Shown here: positions 57,985 through 64,000 of the stretch, piece by piece
Layout: each line of letters starts with the position of its first letter
Position numbering within the stretch: the stretch's first letter is position 1
Assembly (NCBI GenBank): GCA_047921335.1
Contig: JBLRWI010000004.1
Coordinates: 11,452-75,451 of the forward strand
Direction of reading: 5' to 3'
Origin: Opitutales bacterium
GTDB lineage: Bacteria > Verrucomicrobiota > Verrucomicrobiia > Opitutales > Coraliomargaritaceae
Length of the DNA: 64,000 bases
Program-made: the position numbers and the translations under genes
Notes under the pieces: generated by a model
Databases searched by the model: none
Told to the model about the DNA's origin: nothing
The model's input: the letters and a program-made list of their open reading frames with translations, nothing else

Positions 57985-59526
57985 CTAGTCTCCCTGCAGC
58001 ACGTGCAGGTTGGCCATGGAGATGCCGCTGAGCATGGCGCCGACGATGCCGAGGAAGCCCTGGTCGGTGCCGGCGAGGTAGAGGTTCTCCAAGTGGGTGC
58101 GGCCGTCCTTGATTTTGTTCGGTGCTCCGTAGATGGCACCGTTGAGGTGGCCGGTGAATTTGCGCACGGTGCGGGGGGTGAACATGTCCTTGGCGATGCG
58201 GTGGGCGTCGAGGAGTGCGGCATTTGAGGTAGGGACGGCTGCCCCCAGCCGTCCGCTTCCGTTTTGCAGGTTCGCGGAGGCCTGCATTCGACTCTGCCCA
58301 TGCCGGGAAGGGCAGGCCTCCCTACCTTTGGGGTGCGGCAGGATGGCCAGTGCCACCTTTTGCAGTTCGCCATACCAGTGTTCTTTTTGGGCGAGGTAGT
58401 CACTCTCTGAGAGGGCGCACCATTTGTCGTGGTTGGCCATGGCGGTGATGCGAAGGAAGCCTTCGTCGAGTTGGCGGTCGCCGTAGTCGTAGTTGTTGGG
58501 GAAGCAGATCACGCCGCTGGTGGGATCGACCAGGTCGTTCTCGCAGCGGCCGTAGTAGAAGCGCTCGCGGGTGTTGAAGAAGATGATGGTGTCGTCCCAG
58601 CCGAAGTCGGCCGGCTGCTGGTCGAGCACGGTAATGGTCTCGGTAAAGCTGAGCTGGCCGATATTGTCGGCCTGGGCCGCTTCGGGCTGGTCGGCACAGA
58701 GGCGGGCGGTTTCGACCGCCCCGGCGGTGGAGATGATTTTATCGGCGGTAATGGTTTCGCCATTATCCAGGGTGATGGCACTGGCACGGCCACCCTCGGC
58801 GTGGATTTTCCGGACCCCGCACTTCATTTTGCGCAGGCCGCCGAGCTCGCGGTATTTGTTTTGCAGGAGTCGGATGATGGTGCGCACCCCCTCGAAGGGG
58901 CGGGCGAAGCCCTCGAAGAAAAGGGAACGAAACATGATGGCGAACTGGCCATAGTCCATGTCGTGCTCCTCCGCGCTGCCGTAATACATGACCGGGCAGA
59001 AGAGCATGTCCTCCAGCAGCGGGTCGCTGAGGTGCCGCCGCACCGCCTCGCGGGCCGAGGTGGGGATGGCCCCGAGATTGAAAGCATCAAGGCTGCGAAC
59101 TTCTTCGGCCAGGGCGCGAAAGCCGTCGATTTGCTTCGGGAAAGCCCGGGCCACTTCCGATTCCAGCAGGGCGAAGTCGTTGTTGAACTTCAGCTCGCAA
59201 GCCGGAAAAGCCACCTTCGAGCCGATCTGCGGGCAGAGATCGAGCGCGTCGTAGGGAATGCGCAGTTGGCGCAGCAGCTTGGCCAGCGGGGTGCCCTTGG
59301 TGCCCTTGGGCACGTAGTTGGTCATGGCGTGCAGCCCGACATCGTATTTGCGCCCCTCAATGCTGTAGAAGGAATTGAGCCCCCCGGAGGCATTGTGCCG
59401 CTCCAGGATGATGACGTTCTTGCCCGCCAGGGCCAGCCGGATACCGGCGGCCAGGCCCGCCATGCCCGCGCCGATAATGACGTTTTCGAAGTGTTGGCTG
59501 TTCATTAAATTGGTCATGATTGGCAA
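57985..59526 (-). CDS. NAD(P)/FAD-dependent oxidoreductase (phytoene-desaturase/amine-oxidase-like) carrying an in-frame repeat insertion
   Basis: N-terminal VIIGAGMAGLAAGIRLALAGKNVIILE...GG dinucleotide motif and C-terminal FTGHLNGAIYG...LYLAGTDQG, typical of CrtI-like enzymes. Codons for HPKGREACPSRHGQSRMQASANLQNGSGRLGAAVPTS derive from a palindromic repeat. Confidence 0.8.
   Translation of the reverse strand: MPIMTNLMNSQHFENVIIGAGMAGLAAGIRLALAGKNVIILERHNASGGLNSFYSIEGRKYDVGLHAMTNYVPKGTKGTPLAKLLRQLRIPYDALDLCPQIGSKVAFPACELKFNNDFALLESEVARAFPKQIDGFRALAEEVRSLDAFNLGAIPTSAREAVRRHLSDPLLEDMLFCPVMYYGSAEEHDMDYGQFAIMFRSLFFEGFARPFEGVRTIIRLLQNKYRELGGLRKMKCGVRKIHAEGGRASAITLDNGETITADKIISTAGAVETARLCADQPEAAQADNIGQLSFTETITVLDQQPADFGWDDTIIFFNTRERFYYGRCENDLVDPTSGVICFPNNYDYGDRQLDEGFLRITAMANHDKWCALSESDYLAQKEHWYGELQKVALAILPHPKGREACPSRHGQSRMQASANLQNGSGRLGAAVPTSNAALLDAHRIAKDMFTPRTVRKFTGHLNGAIYGAPNKIKDGRTHLENLYLAGTDQGFLGIVGAMLSGISMANLHVLQGD
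58227..58327. repeat. About 100-bp palindromic REP/MITE-like element inside the oxidoreductase CDS
   Basis: Terminal inverted repeats AGGTAGGGACGGC / GGCCTCCCTACCT. Internal hairpins GGACGGCTG-cccc-CAGCCGTCC and GGCCTGC...GCAGGCC. TTG on both flanks. No stop codon in the host frame. Confidence 0.7.
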
Positions 59527-59668
59527 TGTCGGAAATTACCCTCCACCAACCTGCATTAAAAAACAAACTGAAAAGAAGACTGAACCAGCAAGCAGGGGTG
59601 TAATTTTTTTCTGCGTGGTATGCCGTCCAATGGAGCACATCGACGATAGTCGTTGTGAGTTGGTGTTT

Positions 59669-59872
59669 CGAACGTCCAAGCGCTCCAGCAACACCCTCCC
59701 GGCCTCAGCAAGCTGCAGGCCCTACGGGGGGCATCGCCTCGACGGCGACGCGGCCATCCGCTAGCGGAGGCCCTGCACCATAGCGTAGGGCTCGTGCTCG
59801 CACGATGCCGCGAACGTCCAAGCGCTCCAGCAACACCCTCCCGGCCTCAGCAAGCTGCAGGCCCTACGGGGG
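59669..59872 (+). repeat. Two identical 62-nt direct repeats 142 nt apart
   Basis: CGAACGTCCAAGCGCTCCAGCAACACCCTCCCGGCCTCAGCAAGCTGCAGGCCCTACGGGGG at 59669-59730 and 59811-59872, 62/62 identical. Related to the 41.2-kb array. Confidence 0.9.
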
Positions 59873-59915
59873 CGCGGGGGCAAATTATGCAAACGCCTGT
59901 TGGGTTTTTCGCATG

Positions 59916-59993
59916 AAAAACTGTAGCCGAACGCCTTCGCGTTTGGTTATTTCATAAAAAACTGTAGCCGAACGCCTTCGCGTTTGGTTATTT
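59916..59993 (+). repeat. Tandem 2 x about 40-nt GTAG-hairpin units
   Basis: AAAAACTGTAGCCGAACGCCTTCGCGTTTGGTTATTTC occurs twice. The same unit is inverted at 39583-39606. Confidence 0.9.
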
Positions 59994-60007
59994 CGTGTTT
60001 AAAAACA

Positions 60008-60895
60008 ATGAAACATTATTTCACAGACGGAACGAACGATGCCCCGAAACTGCGGGTCTATCTTAACCTGGATAATCTGGATGCCCTGCCCGGCGGCTCG
60101 CGCTGGCCCGGCCTGCGGGGCGATGCCGCCCTGGAGCAGTTAAAGGCGGACGGCTTTGAGGGTGTGCAGCGTGGCGGCTTTGTGGACTTTCACAATGCCG
60201 CGATTTTACCCCACTGTGGGCTCGACCGGATCAACCGACCGGAAGAGGCGGACGCCGTCTTTGCCAATCACGCCGCGCAGGGCGACCCCTGTATCAGCCT
60301 GCACCTCGGCTGGGGCATGGAGAGCGACGCCGAAGTGGACCGCTTGCTTGAAGCGGTGTTAAGCGCCTCAGAGCAACACCAGCTGCCCGCCTTTATCGAG
60401 ACCCACCGCGCCACGATCACACAAGACATGTGGCGGACGGTGGAAATGACCAAGCGCTTCCCCGAACTCTTGTTTAACGGAGACTTCAGCCACTACTACT
60501 GCGGCCAGGAAATGGTCTATGGCGACTTCGAGGCTAAACTCGACTTCCTTCAACCAATCTTCGACCGGATCGGTTTCATGCACGGGCGGATCGCCGCGCC
60601 CGGCTACATGCAGGCACCGATCGAAACCACGGACAGCCGCCCGACTATGGCCGGGCCAGGTGCCCGCGATTTTCTCGCTGATTTCAAGCGCATCTGGGCA
60701 CGTGCCATGGCCGGCTTCAAGAAGAACGCCGGACCCGGCTCGGTTTTGATTTTTGCCCCCGAGCTCTTGCGGACGGATATTTACTACGCCCGGGTCTTCC
60801 CTGATGGCCGGGGCAGACTCGCTGAAGAAAGCGACCGCTATGCCCAGGCCCTCCTCTATCAAGAGTTAGCCAGGGCAATTTTTCAAGGGGCCTGA
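60008..60895 (+). CDS. Probable xylose-isomerase-like TIM-barrel protein (sugar phosphate isomerase/epimerase family)
   Basis: 295 aa. Putative metal-ligand contexts AFIETH, NGDFSHY and FAPELL resemble the AP_endonuc_2 fold. Assignment is tentative. Confidence 0.5.
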   Translation: MKHYFTDGTNDAPKLRVYLNLDNLDALPGGSRWPGLRGDAALEQLKADGFEGVQRGGFVDFHNAAILPHCGLDRINRPEEADAVFANHAAQGDPCISLHLGWGMESDAEVDRLLEAVLSASEQHQLPAFIETHRATITQDMWRTVEMTKRFPELLFNGDFSHYYCGQEMVYGDFEAKLDFLQPIFDRIGFMHGRIAAPGYMQAPIETTDSRPTMAGPGARDFLADFKRIWARAMAGFKKNAGPGSVLIFAPELLRTDIYYARVFPDGRGRLAEESDRYAQALLYQELARAIFQGA

Positions 60896-60935
60896 AGTCG
60901 TCGAACACGAGCCGAGCCAATGTGCTAAACTATTT

Positions 60936-62315
60936 CTAAAGCGACCACCCTTCTCGATAGGGTCTGCGCACCCATGCGTTGGCCTCATCGAGATTGCTTA
61001 TCCGCATGTTGTCGTGGTCCCAGAGCAGTTTCTGATAGGGGAATCGCTTGGCCACGTTACCCAGCAGCGCGATTTCGGTCAGCGGGCCGGAATAACTAAA
61101 GTCTGCGCTGGCCCGCTTGCCTTCTTTAATGGCCTGCAACCAGTTGTTTTCGTGGCTGCCTTTAATACGCGGTAATGTCTTTTCCGGGCGGTTGTAGGCC
61201 TGCATGGCGGATCTCGGGATCAATTGTGGATTATTGCCGTAAACCCCGCAAATGATCGCACCCTTGTCGCCTTTAAAGACGGCACCACCACCACTATACA
61301 TACCCCGCCCCTCTTCTAATTCCTTCGGACGGGGTGCTTCGCGGCCTTCATACCAATTGAGCCTCACCGGAGGTAAGTCCCCCCGGGCGGGGAACTGATA
61401 ATGCACCACCGCCTCGGCCGGGTGCACTTCGTCATTTCCCCCGACAATTTCAGAAGCTTCGATAGATTCCGGAGCTGTCAGTTTGAGGGCCGAATAGATC
61501 GGATCCAAGGTGTGGGCCCCTCGGTCGCCCATCATGCCGCAGCCAAAATCCCACCAGCAGCGCCAGACGATGGGATGATAGCAGGAATGGTAGGGACGCA
61601 TGGGCGCGGGACCGATCCATAAGTCCCAGTCGAGCGTCGAAGGCACGACCTGGCCCACCTTCGGTCGCTCACTCAAGGGGGAGCTCCATTTGGCATGCCC
61701 GTGCGGGGCATAGGAAAGGCTGCAATAGGCATCGACTTCCCGGACAGGGCCGATGGCACCATCCCAGATCCACTCGCAAATCAGTCGCAGGCCTTCCTGA
61801 GAATGCCCCTGAATGCCCATTTGCGAGACCACTCCAGTCTCCTTGGCGATGCGCGCCAGGGTGCGGGCTTCGTAGATATCATGCGTGAGCGGCTTCTGGC
61901 AGAAGATATGTTTACCTGCCTGCATCGTCGCCTTACTGATGACGGCATGGGTGTGGTCCGGGGTGGCGATGAGCACGGCTTCAATATCCTTCTGCTGTTC
62001 AAGCATGACCCGGTAGTCCTTATAGACCGCAGCCTTGGGATGCTCTTGGAAGGCCTCTGCGGCGAAGTCATGATCCACATCACAGAGCGCGACGATATTT
62101 TCACCACTACAGGCCTTCAAATTGAGCTTTCCCATCCAGCCGAGTCCAATCACCGCAACATTGAGCTTTTCACTCGGCGGAGTGAGTCCTGACCCGGCGA
62201 TAACGTGGCGGGGAACGATTTGAAAGAGCCCTGCGACCGCAGCAGCAGAGGAGATGAATTTACGACGGGTGAAATTCCGGGAGAGAGGCCCGGATTGTGG
62301 GGCGGCTTTTTTCAT
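60936..62315 (-). CDS. Gfo/Idh/MocA family oxidoreductase with a twin-arginine signal
   Basis: TAT motif TRRKFISSAAAVAGL; Rossmann VAVIGLGWMG; EKPL-like CQKPLTH motif. Trimmed to MKKAAPQ at 62315. Confidence 0.85.
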   Translation of the reverse strand: MKKAAPQSGPLSRNFTRRKFISSAAAVAGLFQIVPRHVIAGSGLTPPSEKLNVAVIGLGWMGKLNLKACSGENIVALCDVDHDFAAEAFQEHPKAAVYKDYRVMLEQQKDIEAVLIATPDHTHAVISKATMQAGKHIFCQKPLTHDIYEARTLARIAKETGVVSQMGIQGHSQEGLRLICEWIWDGAIGPVREVDAYCSLSYAPHGHAKWSSPLSERPKVGQVVPSTLDWDLWIGPAPMRPYHSCYHPIVWRCWWDFGCGMMGDRGAHTLDPIYSALKLTAPESIEASEIVGGNDEVHPAEAVVHYQFPARGDLPPVRLNWYEGREAPRPKELEEGRGMYSGGGAVFKGDKGAIICGVYGNNPQLIPRSAMQAYNRPEKTLPRIKGSHENNWLQAIKEGKRASADFSYSGPLTEIALLGNVAKRFPYQKLLWDHDNMRISNLDEANAWVRRPYREGWSL

Positions 62316-62625
62316 AATGTAGCGATTTCCACTTCGGGATGATAATGAAAGGGATGATCGAAGGCTGCCTGCTCGAAGCGACGCGCGCAAAACGTCATGC
62401 CGTCTCCGGTGATAATGGGCTCCAACTTAGCTCTCATTTCAGAAAATAGGGTATTTTTAGACTTTAAAAGTCAACAGAGTATCGCTTTTAAGGTAAAAGA
62501 TCACCGCAGCTGCATCGAAACCTTGCTAAAATTGCCCGCTATGCCCCAAAAGAAAGCGATCTTGCCTGCCTTCGCGGCGAGCCCTTGGATTACTTGCCCC
62601 GTGTGCCGACCCTCATGCAATTCAC

Positions 62626-63768
62626 ATGACTGATTTGAATGATCCCTTTCGTGAGGCACGCTCCAAGTGTCCGATCCTCGCCGCCAAGCATCAGGGCGAA
62701 ACTATCCCGATGATCCTGCGGCTTAAGGACGTGCGGGCTGCCGCGAAGGACTGGCGGACCTACAGTTCGGATGCTCCCCGACGTGTCCCGATCCCCTCCG
62801 AAGAAAAGGTCCGCAGCGTCCGCCAGTATCCTCTGGAGGTCGATCCGCCCGTGCACGGCGAATACCGCAAGTTGGTGGAACCCTTCTTCCAGCGTCCCAA
62901 ATTACCCGAGGTGCAGGCTAAGATCACGGCATTGGTGGACCGCTTGATCGATGAGTCACTCGATCGGGGAAGCTCAGAAATTATCCGGGACTTTGCCATT
63001 CCGCTGCAATCCTATGCCCTCGCCTACCTTATGAATGTCGATGAACAGGAGGCCGAGACCTGGATCCGCTGGGGGACACATGTCTTTAAGGAAGGCGACG
63101 GAGAGAGCAAGGGTTCCTTCATGGAAGACTACTGCCGGAAAATGTTCGAGGCAGCGGAAGCTAATCCCGGGACGGACTTTTTCACTGCGCTCAATCAAGC
63201 GGACTTTGCCGGGCGTAAGTTGACCATGGAAGAGAAACTGGGGTTTGCCAATATCACCTTTGCCGGCGGTCGTGACACCATCATCTACACCGCCGCCAGA
63301 ATCATCTCCTATTTTGCCGGACACCCGGAAGCAATGCAATCGCTGCGGGAAGACCCGAAGGCGATCAAACTCGCTGCGGAAGAATTCTTCCGGGCCTTCA
63401 TCCCTTTAACCCATATTGGACGGGTCTGCCCCGTGGCCACCGAGGTGCATGGGCATTCAGTTGAAGCGGGGGGCCGGGTTTCACTGGTTTGGTCTTCGGC
63501 CAACCGTGATCCGGAAGTCTTTGACGATCCGAATACGATCCGGCTGGACCGGAAGCCCAATCCACATCTCGCATTCGGTTTTGGCACTCATCTTTGCCTG
63601 GGCGCTACCCACGCGAGAATTTTAATGCGTATCTTAATCGGAAGATTGAGCCTGCGACTATCCCGCATGGACGTGCTGGAAAGTGTCGATAAGGTCGAAA
63701 CTGAGGCCGACTACTCGCGTAAGATCGGTTACGAAAAGCTCGTGGTCCGTTTCCACGCCTGCGGTTAA
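62626..63768 (+). CDS. Cytochrome P450
   Basis: Heme-thiolate loop FGFGTHLCLGATHAR (FxxGxHxCxG), I-helix-like FAGGRDT and ExxR (EEFFR). 380 aa. Confidence 0.85.
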   Translation: MTDLNDPFREARSKCPILAAKHQGETIPMILRLKDVRAAAKDWRTYSSDAPRRVPIPSEEKVRSVRQYPLEVDPPVHGEYRKLVEPFFQRPKLPEVQAKITALVDRLIDESLDRGSSEIIRDFAIPLQSYALAYLMNVDEQEAETWIRWGTHVFKEGDGESKGSFMEDYCRKMFEAAEANPGTDFFTALNQADFAGRKLTMEEKLGFANITFAGGRDTIIYTAARIISYFAGHPEAMQSLREDPKAIKLAAEEFFRAFIPLTHIGRVCPVATEVHGHSVEAGGRVSLVWSSANRDPEVFDDPNTIRLDRKPNPHLAFGFGTHLCLGATHARILMRILIGRLSLRLSRMDVLESVDKVETEADYSRKIGYEKLVVRFHACG

Positions 63769-63796
63769 ACGAGTTTCCAGCTCTTGGCTGGTCAGC

Positions 63797-64000
<204 letters not shown>

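Noticed and set aside
58429-59508. 359-aa ORF antisense to the CrtI-like oxidoreductase
   Set aside because: Shadow ORF. The minus strand carries the dinucleotide-binding motif at its N-terminus.

Overview
64-kb bacterial chromosomal window, GC-rich by eye, with a visibly more AT-rich block at about 3.5-11 kb. Gene content suggests a PVC-group organism, probably Verrucomicrobiota; this is inference only. The supporting families are an EPS export trio, NamZ/DUF1343, a TAT-signal Gfo/Idh/MocA oxidoreductase, an FG-GAP propeller, a secreted FAD oxidoreductase and NfeD/FloA. I support about 58 protein-coding genes or gene remnants (one a 5'-partial ACP gene at the window edge), one tRNA-Arg(CCU) and an rpmJ gene (41 aa) that the ORF track missed. 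Housekeeping genes: hisC, sua5/tsaC, rpsR, dCMP deaminase, rpmJ plus type-B rpmE, comEC, rarA, lpdA, der, eda, fabZ-fabI, and an Lrp-aminotransferase pair. Envelope modules: an OMP-Wza-Wzc EPS export trio, TPR-ExbB-ExbD-TonB-like, NfeD-NfeD-FloA, MscS, and a four-gene secreted operon (LolA-like, S1 protease, unknown, FG-GAP propeller). Other content: an oleA-oleB-like pair, a hybrid histidine kinase, a P450 and carbohydrate-related enzymes. No CRISPR array, cas gene, reverse transcriptase, integrase or intact transposase is visible. The main non-genic signal is a diverse population of GTAG-headed hairpin repeats (REP-like). They fill almost every intergenic gap, form tandem and palindromic arrays, sit beside a deletion remnant of a Y1/IS200-like transposase, and appear once in frame inside an FAD-oxidoreductase gene. 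A decaying toxin-antitoxin island at 54.3-58.0 kb holds two intact PIN pairs and three truncated genes, and a further VapBC pair lies at 48 kb. All calls come from reading the sequence and the supplied translations; no database search was run.
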